A stretch of 64,000 nt of DNA, taken from the NCBI RefSeq assembly GCF_009914755.1, contig NC_060926.1, one strand, 5' to 3'. Positions within the stretch are counted from its first letter, which is position 1; each line of letters begins with the position of its first letter. Positions 18,098-30,815 of this stretch are shown one piece after another. The position numbers and the translations under genes were made by a program. The notes beneath the pieces are model-generated. The model was not told the DNA's origin. It was given only the letters and a program-made list of their open reading frames with translations, and did no database searches. The stretch is from the human T2T-CHM13v2.0 reference genome, Homo sapiens.

Positions 18098-18158
18098 GGG
18101 AGTTACTTTGAGACCATCTGGTTTGTCATCTAACTTTCACCCATAGGTTTTAGCATTT

Positions 18159-18218
18159 ATTCTTTTCTTTTTACATTTTTATTTATTTATTTTTTACTTG
18201 CCACTATACTAACGAGGA
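18159..18218 (-). pseudogene. Retroposed 5' fragment (24 nt) of tRNA-Asp(GTC) with A-rich tail
   Basis: Minus strand reads TCCTCGTTAGTATAGTGGCAAGTA, 22/24 identical to the tRNA-Asp-GTC 5' end TCCTCGTTAGTATAGTGGTGAGTA. It is followed by a ~36-nt A-rich tail and flanked by direct repeats aggttttagcattt (18145-18158, 18218-18231). Confidence 0.85.
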
Positions 18219-18245
18219 GGTTTTAGCATTTTAAAAAAATGTATG

Positions 18246-18600
<355 letters not shown>

Positions 18601-18778
18601 TAATTTTCTAATTCCATGATTATTTAATAATTTTTTAAATTGGTATTCTACTGTAAGGAAGAGCTTTCTCTTCTCATTTATTTTTCCATGTATTTATTTA
18701 CTTGATTATGGACTTATGGATTCCTGTTTTATTTTATGGGGTGTAATCTTACATTATCATTCCTTATTTACCTTACTC

Positions 18779-19085
18779 TTTTTTTTTTTTTTTTTTTTTT
18801 TTTTGAGACAGTCTTGCTTTGTCACCCAGACTGGAGTGCTATGACATGATCTCGGCTCACTGCAACCTCTGCTCCCTGGGTTCAAACGATTCTCCTGCCT
18901 CAGCCACCTGAGTAGCTGGGATTACAGGCATGTGCCACCATGCCTTGCTAATTTTTGTATTTTTAGTAGAGACGGGGTTTCACCGTGTTGGCCAGGCTGG
19001 TCTCGAACTCCTGACTTCAAGTTATCTGCCCACCTCAGCCTCCCAAAATGTTGAGATTACAGGCATGAGTCACTGCGCCTGGCCT
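18779..19085 (-). mobile_element. AluS
   Basis: Antisense dimer. Confidence 0.95.
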
Positions 19086-19272
19086 ATCTTATTCTTAATT
19101 TATTATTGTGACAAAATTTTAGCCCATTTGAATAAGTATTAATCATATTATTTGTTGCTGTATTAAAAATAAATCCACAGACAGAATGTTATGATAAAAA
19201 CAGAAGTGGGTTTTCTCTGTCAGAGAATGCTAATTTTAGAACCTCAATATCCATTCTCCCTGCTCCCTCGCC

Positions 19273-19564
<292 letters not shown>

Positions 19565-19574
19565 CCCTTCTTTA

Positions 19575-20293
19575 TTTTAGTAATAGAACCTCCTGAATTT
19601 TATCCAGGCACATGACTTCCTGTCCTCTTTTGCAGGTTGGAGAGGCCAGGTGACTAAGTTGTGAACAGTAGGATGTGGATGAAGTGATATGTACCACTTC
19701 TGGGTCATACCCTTAAAAGGGAATGTGTGCTGTCCTGGCACTTTGTCCCTTCCCATTGGCTGGGAAATCAGGAGAACTGGGCTGCCAGCTTAGACCAGAA
19801 ATGTTTTGAAGGTGGCTGAGCCCTTTTAGCAGTTCTGAGCCATTCATTGTTTTAGTCTATTTTCTGCTGTGATAACAGGGTACCACAGACTGGGTAATTT
19901 ATAAAGAAAAGAAATTTGTTTCTTACAGTTCTGGGGACTTGGGAAGCCCAAGAGCATGGTGTCAGGATGTGATGAGGGTCATCCCCTGGCAGAAGGGTAG
20001 AAGGCAAAAGGAAGTATATGTAAGAGAGAGAGCTCCCTTTTATAACAAAGCCACTTCCATGGTAATTAACCCACTCCCATGGTAACAGCATTAATCCATT
20101 CATGAGGGTAGAGCCCCCACCTCCCACCACTGTTGCATCGGGCACCAAGTTGCCAACACATGAGCTTTTAGAGGACACATTCAAACTATAGCACTGTTGA
20201 ATTTGTAAATGAACGAGAAACAGAATTCTGTCTTGCTCAAGTCTACTTTTTGATCTTTTTGTTATAGCAGTTTAGTCTATATCCTAATTAATA
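19575..20293 (+). mobile_element. Old MLT1 (J/K-like) LTR split by an antisense MSTD/MLT1A LTR at 19848-20193
   Basis: gtgactaagttgtgaacagtaggatgtggatgaagtgat...tttgttatagcag; inner LTR tgttttagtctattttctgctg...ggacacattcaaactatagca. Confidence 0.7.
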
Positions 20294-20950
20294 TTCCCTT
20301 ATTCCAAAGTTTAAAAAAAAACTAATGAAGTATATTTTATTAATTTCTAGAACTAAAAATATTTCTGATGGCCACCTCACTAAGTTTAGGTCGCTCTATT
20401 GATGTTTCTTAGAAATACAAATATTATTCCTTAGGTTTTATATATTCCATAGCTCTGTCCACTGAGAGGGCCTAGAAGCATTTACAGCTCAGTAGCAACA
20501 AGCACATCTAGTGCCAGATTTTATTTTTTAAGTATCATTCTTCAACAAAGGGTAGCAGAGCTCCTTGGATAGATGGCTGGTTTTAGGATTGGGGCAGCTG
20601 GGGCAGGGAAAATGATGAGCCTGGAACATCTTGTAGTGCCAGGAAGTAAGGTAGTACTTAACAACAAAAAAAAAAAGAAATGAGGTATGTCAAAAGGACA
20701 CAGTAGCTAATCTGAAGAGAACCCAGTGGTCAAAGCTAGAACAATTTGAGCAGCAAATTAAATAGTACAGTTGACCCTTGAACAACACTGCTTTGAACTA
20801 TACAGGTTCGCTTATATATGGGTTTTCTTTTGCCTCTGCTATCCATGAGACAGCAAGACCAATTCCTCCTTTTGCTTCTCCTCCTCAGCCTACTCGATGT
20901 TAAGACATTAAGGAGGAAGACCTTTATGGTGATCTACTTCCAGTTAATGA

Positions 20951-21324
<374 letters not shown>

Positions 21325-21371
21325 TCTTTTTTTATTTTTCTAGCTTACTTTATTGTAAGAATGCAGTATAT

Positions 21372-21581
21372 TAAGCTTGTCCAACCCACCTTACTTTGTT
21401 GTTGTTGTTGTTGTTGTTGTGTTTTGTTGTTTTAGGCTTTTAGCAGCCTGAAACCATGGTTTTTTAGTTTCTGTCTCTAATGATAAGTGGAAAAGGGGGA
21501 TGAGGAAGGGGCTTTCTCCTGGCTTAACCAGAAATAGAAACTAAGAACCCATGACTCTATCTGCTCCCTTGGATACCCCTG
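21372..21581 (-). mobile_element. MER107-like hAT MITE with (GTT)n
   Basis: Ends aagcttgtccaac...ttggatacccctg and internal aggcttttagcagcctgaa match the recalled MER107 consensus. Confidence 0.7.
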
Positions 21582-22096
21582 TTGGGTATATAATACATAT
21601 AACATACAAAATATGTGTTAATTGGCTATTTATGTTATCAGTAATGCTTCCAGTCAAGAGTAGACTATTAGTTAAGTTTTTAGGGAGTCAAAAGTCATAT
21701 GCTGATTTGTGACTGCATAGGGGGGTTGGCATCCCAAACCCCACATTGTTCAAGAGTCAACTGTATTTGATTGTAACTCAAAGTATAAGATAAATATACA
21801 TGAGTCCATATTGTTATAAATGAATGATAAACATTGATGAATGATAAATTTTGGATAAATGGAGGAGAGGGGACAAATCTTCCTTACAGTAGAATTCTAA
21901 ATAATTTATGTAAATATATGCCCCTCCAAGAGGTAGAGATTAATACCCCTTAACTGTGAGCTGGACTTAATGACTCACTTCCAAAATACAGAGTATGGAA
22001 AGGGAAAGATGTCAGTTTTACAGTGGAAAAAACTAGCAAACACTACCATAACCTTGTGATTATGGTTAATATCACTGGTGATAAAACTGTTGATAC

Positions 22097-22235
22097 AGGT
22101 TCAGTCTCCCTTATCTGAAATGCTTGGGACCAGAAATGTTTTGGATTTTGGATTGTTTTCAGACTTTGAAATATTTGCATATACGTAATGAGATATTTTG
22201 GGGATGGGACCCAAATCTAAACACAAAATTCATGT
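22097..22235. mobile_element. Tigger4 (Zombi) fragment
   Basis: caggttcagtctcccttatctgaaatgcttgggaccagaa. Confidence 0.75.
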
Positions 22236-22239
22236 TACT

Positions 22240-22510
22240 AGGGTACAACACCTGTTGAAAAGAAATAGAAAGAAGCAGAAGAAAATGTCAATCCGAGGTG
22301 TTGGCTCAGTAGAGCCTACAGTATTCCCCACTTGGCTGTCTCCTTGGGCTGAAATGGCTGGACCTGTCCTCTGCCTTCTCTTCCCTATCACTGGATATGG
22401 GCGGCCTCAGGGGCATGACCTCAGGCTAGGTGCTCTGTAGCTGAGGTGATGCTGAAAAAGCTGATAGTCCGAGGCAGTCTGTTGTCCCCACTCCCACAGC
22501 TGGGCCCCAC
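22240..22510. mobile_element. ERVL-class LTR fragment (LTR16/LTR33-like)
   Basis: gcatgacctcaggctaggtgctctgtagctgagg...cactcccacagctggg. Confidence 0.45.
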
Positions 22511-22729
22511 CGTGTAGAGCAAAGAGGGAAGGTGAAGATGTAGTTGATTAGCATCTTCAATTATGGTGGATTATACCATTGTTTTAAAGTTTATTAAAAA
22601 TTCAGTTTACACTAAAACTGTAAAATGTTGAAATGGCTAAAATATAGTTTATTTAAGGAAATACACATAATACTTTTTTTACATTATGGAAAAAGTTTAA
22701 GTGTCTGTTGTTGTTAAAGCCTCAGCCTT

Positions 22730-22955
22730 CTTTTTTTGTTTGTTTGTATTTGAGATAGGAGGTCTCGCTCTCTCACCCACTCTGGAGTGCGGTGGCATGA
22801 TCTCGGCTCACTGAAACCTCTGTGTCTTGAGTTCAAGTGATTCTCCCATCTCAGCCTCCCGAGTAGCTGGGACTATAGGCATGCACCACCGGCTTAATTT
22901 TTTGTATTTTTAGTAGGGTTGGGGTTTCGCCATGTTGGTCAGGCTAGTTTTGGCC
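22730..22955 (-). mobile_element. Partial Alu
   Basis: Right arm plus part of the left arm. Confidence 0.85.
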
Positions 22956-23147
22956 TTCTTAATAGAAATAGTGCTAGACTACATCACTTATTGATGAAGG
23001 ACATACTGACCTAGAAATAATTTGCCTTTTAGCCATCTCTTTCAGTAACTTTGGCAAATAAAATAACTAGGTCAGCATTCATTTTTCTTTTATAGCAGCA
23101 AATTAAACTAAAAAAGTGAATCTTTTAGGTGTTTATAAGTATATAGC

Positions 23148-23450
23148 TTTTTTTTTTTTTTTTTTTCTGAGATGGAGTCTTGCTCTGTTACCCAGGCTAG
23201 AGTGCAGTGGCGTGATCTCAGCTTGCTGCAACCTCTGCCCTCCCAGGTTCAACCAATTCTCCTACCTCAGCCTCCTGAGTAGCTTGGATTACAGGCATAT
23301 GCCACCACACCTGGCTAATTTTGGTATTTTTAGTAGAGACGGGTGTCACCATGTTGGCCAGGCTGGTGTTGAACTCCTGACCTCAAGTGATCTGCCTGCC
23401 TCAGCCTCCCAAAGTGCTGGGATTACAGACGTGAGCCACCACGCCCAGCC
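23148..23450 (-). mobile_element. AluSx-like
   Basis: Antisense dimer. Confidence 0.95.
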
Positions 23451-23553
23451 TGTATATACCTTTTCAGTTCTAAACCTGCATTTGTGAAGATTATGTTTTT
23501 AGATATCAAATAACAAGAATGTGTTTTGAGTGGGAAACATAGATTTAAAAGAA

Positions 23554-23927
<374 letters not shown>

Positions 23928-24382
23928 TTACTATATTTGGGGTTCGTTCATTTTGCCATTCAAATGCTGCATTATCAAGAGAGTTGCGTAGTCCACTACC
24001 TGTAGAACAGAATTAGACAGTTACTTCTGCCTCCGCAGGGTAGTACTGTAGAAAATTCTCTTTACTTCCCCAACGCAGAAATCTTGGAAATTAGTCAGAT
24101 CATGTGACAGGATGAATGCACAATTTGTCTAAGTTTCTGTCAATGTTGAGGCATTTAGCTCATAATCTGAACTTCTGCCAATTCCCCTGATTCAGAACTT
24201 GATATTACTTTGTTTGTTGAAGTTACTGCATCCCTGAGGAATAAGAGGAAAATGATTTTAAAATTACATGTATATATTAAGACAGTGTTGTGTTTTTTTA
24301 ATTGTTTTAGTTTCTATGAAAATCTGTTCCCTTCCACAGCAGTGTAAAGTGATAAAATGGTAAACTTAAAACTTGAGGAAAA

Positions 24383-24696
<314 letters not shown>

Positions 24697-25272
24697 CTAG
24701 AAAGGACCCCCTTAGGAAAAAGTTTAATCTTGTTCTATTATGTGTTGAGGAAATGCAGGTGTGATGAAGTCAGGTAACCTTGCCCCAGTTTGTCTGGCTA
24801 GTTAGTGACAGTCTGGACTACACAGACTTACATGGTTGCAGGCAGTTACACTGAAGGCTTCAACGGCAAGTCCTAAGGAATGGCAGATTTGGAAGAGATC
24901 TCTAAGTGAGACGTGCCAAACTTGAAAAGAAAATGTTTAATCACAACTAAAGGTAAATAAATCATGATTATAAGATCCACAGAAGAAGAAGAAACTCCAA
25001 GTCGAGGACAATCTATTAAAAACACCCTGTCTTCTGAAATTATTTCAGGCTGCAATTTTTTATTGCATGTTCAAGGCAGTGGTGATGTTAGTGACAATGA
25101 AGAAAATAATGTTTATGGAAACTATTTTAATGGCTATGATTCAGAAGCTGCTTGAAATAAAATAAGATTATATTCTTCAGTAATCATTTACACCCTGCTT
25201 TTCTACCAGTGGAGTATAAAATAGTGTTCTCTATCGTCATTCTGCCTTTCCTTCCGCATCTGATCTAAATTC

Positions 25273-25571
25273 TTTTTTTTTCTTTTTTTTCTTTTTTTAA
25301 ATGAGGCAGAGTCTCACTTTGTCACCCAGGCTGGAGTGCAATGGCATGATCTCGGGACTGCGATCTCCACCTCCTGGGCTCACCTGTTTCTCCTGCCTTA
25401 GCCTCCCAACTACAGGTGTGCGTCACCACGTCTGTCAATTTTTGTATTTTTTATAGAGACAAGGTTTCACCACATTACCCGGGCTGGTCTTGAACTCCTG
25501 GGCTTAAGCTATTCACCTTCCTTCGCCTCCCACAGTGTTGGGATTACAGGCATGAGACACTGCACCCAGCC
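25273..25571 (-). mobile_element. AluJ
   Basis: Diverged dimer with TSD taaattctt. Confidence 0.9.
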
Positions 25572-25624
25572 TTAAATTCTTATATTCAACATTTTATCAG
25601 AAGATCACATCCTTTTCTTTTATA

Positions 25625-25983
25625 TGCTGTGGTTTATGTGCATCTCCCAAAGTTGATGTGGTGGAAACTTAATCCCCAATGCAAAAGTATTGAGAGATGG
25701 CACCTTTAAGAGGTGATTAGGTGATTAATGGATTAATGCCAGTATTTCAGGGGTTAGGTTCCTGATAAAAGAATGAGTTTGGCTTCCTTCCCTCTCTCTC
25801 TCTTGCTCTCACTCTCCCTCTTGTGCCTCTGCCATGGGATGATGCAGCAAGAGGTCTTTTCCAGATGCTGGCCCTTCCATCTTAGACTTCCCCGTCTCCA
25901 GAACTATAAGAAATAAAATCTCTGCTCGTTATAGGTGACCCAATCCTAATATTCTATTACAGCAACACAAAGGGGCTAAAACA
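25625..25983 (+). mobile_element. MSTD/MLT1A MaLR solo LTR
   Basis: tgctgtggttt...gaaacttaatccccaatgc...ccagaactataagaaataaa...ctaaaaca. Confidence 0.85.
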
Positions 25984-26491
25984 TTTTATAATCCAAATGT
26001 GAAGCAAATTAATGGAAACTACATATATTCAAAGGGACCACCTTATTTATGTCCAAAACAAAACATTTTTGAAAAAAAAATTGTGCAAACCAAATTTGTC
26101 ATTGTCTTCTTTCATATCAAACTCCTTTCACATGGTGTTAGATAAACTTAGTTCAGTCTTTGGAGATCAATGTTAGATTGTTTTATGTTTATTACTGAAA
26201 TAATCTTGATAATGAATTTTAATTACTTGGTTACCTCTTACACCTGTTAATTTAAGTCGTGAAGTTCTGTCCCTGTCCAAGCCGTTGTGCCTCTGAAGAT
26301 ATTTGTCCAACAGGAATATTTTTCTTCTTCCTTGGATTTCCAGGAGGACATTGCATTGAATTGGAAATTTGAGATTATTGCAGTTTTCTGTCCCTGAAGT
26401 CTGTTTATACTGCAATTTGACTTTCTTAACTGTGTTAATTAAGTCAGATTTCACAATTTTTAAATGACTTTTTTCCTAGAATATTTGTTCT

Positions 26492-28245
26492 TTTTTTTGA
26501 CTTTTAACTTAGGCTCAGGGGTACATGTGCAAGTTGTTAAGTAGGTAAATTGTGTGTCTCAGGGTTTTGGTGTACAGATTATTTCGTCACTCAGGTAATA
26601 AGCATAGTACCTGATAAGTAATTTTTCAATTCTTAGCTCCTTCCGCTCTCCACCCTCAAGTAGGCCTCAATGTCTGTTGTTCCCTTCTTTGTATCCATGT
26701 GTATCCAACATTTAGCTCCCAATTATAAGTGAGAGTATGCACTATTTGGTTTTCTGTCCTTGCATTAGTTTGCTTAAGTTAATGGCCTCTGGCTCCATCT
26801 TTGTTGCTGCAAAGAACATAATCTTGTTCTTTTTTAGGGTTGCGTAGTATTCCATGGTGTATATGCAGCGCACCCCCGCCCCCCCGCCTTTTTTTTTTTT
26901 TGAGATGGAGTCTCGCTCTGTCGCCCAGGCTGGAGTGCAGTGGTACCATCTCGGCTCACTGAAAGCTCCACCTCCCGGGTTCACACCATTCTCCTGCCTC
27001 AGTCTCCCGAGTATCTGGCACTACAGGAGCCTGCCACCATGCCTGGCTAATTTTTTGTATTTTTAGTAGAGGCAGGGTTTCACCATGTTAGCCAGGATGG
27101 TCTCGATCTCCTGACCTTGTGATCTGCTTACCTCGGCCTCCCAAAGTGCTGGGATTACAGGCGTGAGCCACTGCACCTGGCCAGGCCTACCCCATTTTCT
27201 TTATTTAGTCTACTGTTGATGGGAATTTAGGTTGAGTCCATGCCTTTGCTATTGTGAATAGTGCTGTAATGAACATACACACACATGTGTCTTTATGGTA
27301 GACTGATTTATAATCCTTTGGGTATATAAACAGTAATGAGATTGCTGAGTCTGATGGTAGTTCTGTTTTAAGTTCTTTGAGAAATTGCCAAGCTGCTTTC
27401 CACAATGGCTGAACTAATTTACATTCCCATCAACGGTATGTAAGTGTTCCCTTTTTTCCACAACCTCTTTAGCATGTTATTTTGTGACTTTTTAATACCC
27501 ATTCTGACTATTGTGAGATGGTATCTCATTGTAGTTTTGATTTATATTTCTCCAGTGATTAGTGATGTTAAGCATTTTTTTCATATGCTTGTTGGCTGTG
27601 CATATGTCTTCTTTTGAAAAGTGACTGTTCATGTCCTTTGCCCACTTTTTAATGGGGTTGTTTTTTGTTTTTTGTTTAAGTTCCTTATAGATTATGGATA
27701 TCAGACCTTTGTTGGATGCATTTGCAAATATTTTCTCTCATTTTGTAGGTTGTCTCTTTACTCTGTTGATTGTTTTGTTGTGCAAAAGCTCTTTTGTTTA
27801 ATTTGGTTCCATTTGTCAATTTTTGTTTTTGTTGAAATTGCTTTTGGCATCTTCATCATGGAATCTTTGCCAGTCCCTACATTCAGAATAGTACTTTCTA
27901 GGTTATCTTCCAGGGATCTTATAGTTTTTGGTTTTACATTTAAGTCTTTAATCCATCTTGAGTTGATTTTTGCATATGGGGTAAGAAAGGGGTCCAGTTT
28001 CAGTCTTCTGCATGTGGTTAGCCAGTTATCCCAGCACCATTTGTTGAATAAGGAGTCCTTTCCCCATTGTTTGTTTTTGTCAACTTTCTCAAAGATCACA
28101 TGTTGTAGGTGTGTGGCTCTGTTCCTGGGCTCTCTATTCTGTTCCATTGGTCTGTGTGTCTGTTTTTTGTACCAGTACCATGCTATTTTTGTTTCTGTGG
28201 CCTTGTGGTACAGTTTGAAGTATGATAATGTGATTCCTCCAGCAT
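26492..28245 (-). mobile_element. 5'-truncated L1PA (older, PA13-16-like) with ORF2 C-terminal remnant
   Basis: ORF 27758-28432 contains [26 protein letters not shown]...[12 protein letters not shown]...[19 protein letters not shown]; L1PA 3' UTR; TSD tagaatatttgttct / tagaacatctgttct. Confidence 0.92.
26889..27182 (-). mobile_element. AluY inserted in L1PA
   Basis: Y diagnostics aagctccacctcccgggttcacaccattc and ttagccaggatggtctcgatc. Confidence 0.92.
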
Positions 28246-29438
28246 TAGAACATCTGTTCTCGATACTGTGTAGTTGCATGCATGCTTTGAAGGAGTGGGG
28301 ATTTTTATCATAGTTAATTATGGAGGGAGGAAGACCCAAAATACCATGTTTGTTACCGTTGTGGAGATTATTGCTCCTGTGTGGGCCGAAACATTTCTCT
28401 TTAAAGTTGGTAGTCCTTTCTTTATATGGCACTCATGACCTATCTCATTAATTCTAGTAATGATTAAGGGCATGTCATAATGAAACCCTTGCTTGGAGGA
28501 ATATTAGTCACAGTAATGTACTGTCAGGATTTGTTACACTGAGGCTCGTACTTGTGTTTGAATAATTTGAGAAAGAGGTCCTTTATGTTTGTTTTTTTTT
28601 TTTAATACTGATGGAATTACCACACTCTGCAGGAATTAGATGTAACACCTGGACCAGGTCCACGGTCAGTAGTAGTGAAGTGTGTTTTGTTTTTTTAAAC
28701 TATGTCACTGTTCTTAATTGTTTTAATTATATGAATGATACTGCTCATTATAAAAATATAAGCAATATAGAAGTGGAAAGTAAAAAACAACAGCTTTCTT
28801 TTCCTCTTGCTTGCCTTTCAGTCTCAACAGTTTTTACCTTCTAAACCTCTTTCTATGCGTAAACATAAATATACTTTGACATAAGTGGGATCATCCAGTC
28901 TTCATTGCTTTAAACCTTTTTCCCTCTAAACATAACAGCTTGATCAGCTCTGCATGCCAGTACTTGTGAATCTAGCTCATTCATTCCAGCAGCCATATGT
29001 CACTCTTTTAAATAGAAGTGCTACAACTGATTTAACCAATCCTTTATTTTTTAAAGTGTCCTTTAATTAATATTTTATTTTTAAACTGCATATTACAAAT
29101 TTTAGTACTGCATATAATAAAAAAATTAGTTCACTCAGGAGGATTTTAAATGAAAGATATAAATTCTTCCCCAATTCTGAGTTCATTTTTAGCTATTTCT
29201 TTTTTAGTTGTTATTCTAGTGGTTTCCATTATAACTTTAAATATTACATTTCTTTAATACTTCTGTCTCTTGATTTGTCAACTTTTTAGATAGAATCTGT
29301 TGATTCCACACTATGACTAAGGAAGAAATCAGCACACTTTTCATCTCCTCTTCCATTTTTATGTTATTTTTCAATTGTTGGGGATTGTTACTCTATATTC
29401 TATTGGGTAATTTTTATCATGTATGTTTGTTCTATATG

Positions 29439-30017
29439 TTTTTTTTTTCTTTCAGAGACAGGGTCTTGCTCTGTTTTCCAGGCTGGAGTGCAGTGGTACA
29501 AACATGGCTCACTGTGCAGCCTTGACCTCTTGGACTCAAGTGATCCTCCCACCTCAGCCTCCTCAGTAGCTAGGACCATAGATACCCATCACCATGCCAG
29601 GCTAATTTTTAAGTTTTTTGTAGAGGCAGAGTCTTGCCATGTTGCCCAAGCTGGCCTCAGACTTCTAGGCTCAAGCAGTCCTCCAGCCTTAACCTCCCAA
29701 AGTTTTGGGATTACAAGTGTGAGCCACTACACCTGGCTCAGATTTTTTTTTAATTTTTTTTTTTTTTGAGACAGTCTTACTCTGTCACCCAGGCTGGAGT
29801 GCAGTGGCATGATCACAGCTCACTACAATCTTGAACTCTTGGGCTCAAGTGATCCTCCTGTTTCAGCCCCCCACGCCCAACTAATTTGTAATATTTTTTT
29901 TGAGACAGGGTCCTACTACATTGCCCAGTCTGATCTCAAACTTCTGACCTCAAGTGATACTCCCACCTCAGCCTCCCAAAGTGCTGGGATTACAGGCATG
30001 AGCCACTGTGTCTGGCC
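29439..30017 (-). mobile_element. Two tandem AluJ (29439-29738; 29742-30017, the second with an internal deletion)
   Basis: Two consecutive antisense dimers. Confidence 0.9.
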
Positions 30018-30604
30018 TATATGTTGATTTTTTTAAAACTTCAACCCAATCTTACAGCATTGTAATGATGATGCTGTGAGTGTACTGATTATTGATTATA
30101 CACCAAATGGTGTGATTGGACCCATGGAGAAGGAAATGCAGTGCTCCGTGTCTAAGTGTTTGCCACTTGAAGGAAGCTGTCACAAGAATCAAGGTCCAGG
30201 GGATTCTCCACTGATTTCTTTTTTGCTCTTTGCTGTAGGTCATGGTCAGCTACCACTGCTTCTTTCCTGTTAGTTATTATCTTTCTTGTTTCCTTTTTTT
30301 TTGTATTGCCTCATTGTGTAACTTTTTCACATGAAGAACAAATGTAGTTAAATTTGTGTCTTTGTGAAAAGTATTTTTCCATCATAATTCAGTAGTTTGG
30401 GTGTATAGAATTCTAGTTGCAAAATCATTTTTCTTCAGGACTTTAAATGAAGTCATTACCTCAATATCGTCTGTCATCCAAGTTTGCTAATAAGTATGGC
30501 AGTCTGATTTTTGTCTTGTTTTAAGTTCTTTCTGTTCTTCTTGTTTTGAAATTTTTTAGAATTTTCTCTTTATTTTTGGAATTCTGGATGTATCTAAATT
30601 TGAC

Positions 30605-30815
30605 CATGGGCTCTGGAGTCATGCAGCCTGGTTTCCGATCCCAGCGCTACCATATATTATACCTGCTTATACCTTGGACAAGCTACTGAACCTCTCTATG
30701 CCTCAGTTGCCTCACATAAATAATGGAATAAGTAGAGTTTTTATGAGCATTGTATGAATTAATATTTAGATCAGCATCTCAGGCTGGAAGGGCTTAATAA
30801 ATGTTAGTTGCCATA
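30605..30815 (+). mobile_element. MIR
   Basis: ggctctggagtca...accttggacaagctactgaacctctctatgcctcagtt. Confidence 0.75.

Noticed and set aside
24964-25155. Acidic 63-aa ORF (MIIRSTEEEE...DSEAA) in non-Alu DNA
   Set aside because: No recognisable homology, splice context or retrocopy hallmarks; length is compatible with chance.
27758-28432. 224-aa minus-strand ORF and overlapping 230-aa plus-strand ORF (27621-28313)
   Set aside because: Remnant of L1 ORF2 C-terminus in a 5'-truncated L1PA and its antisense shadow; not a host gene.
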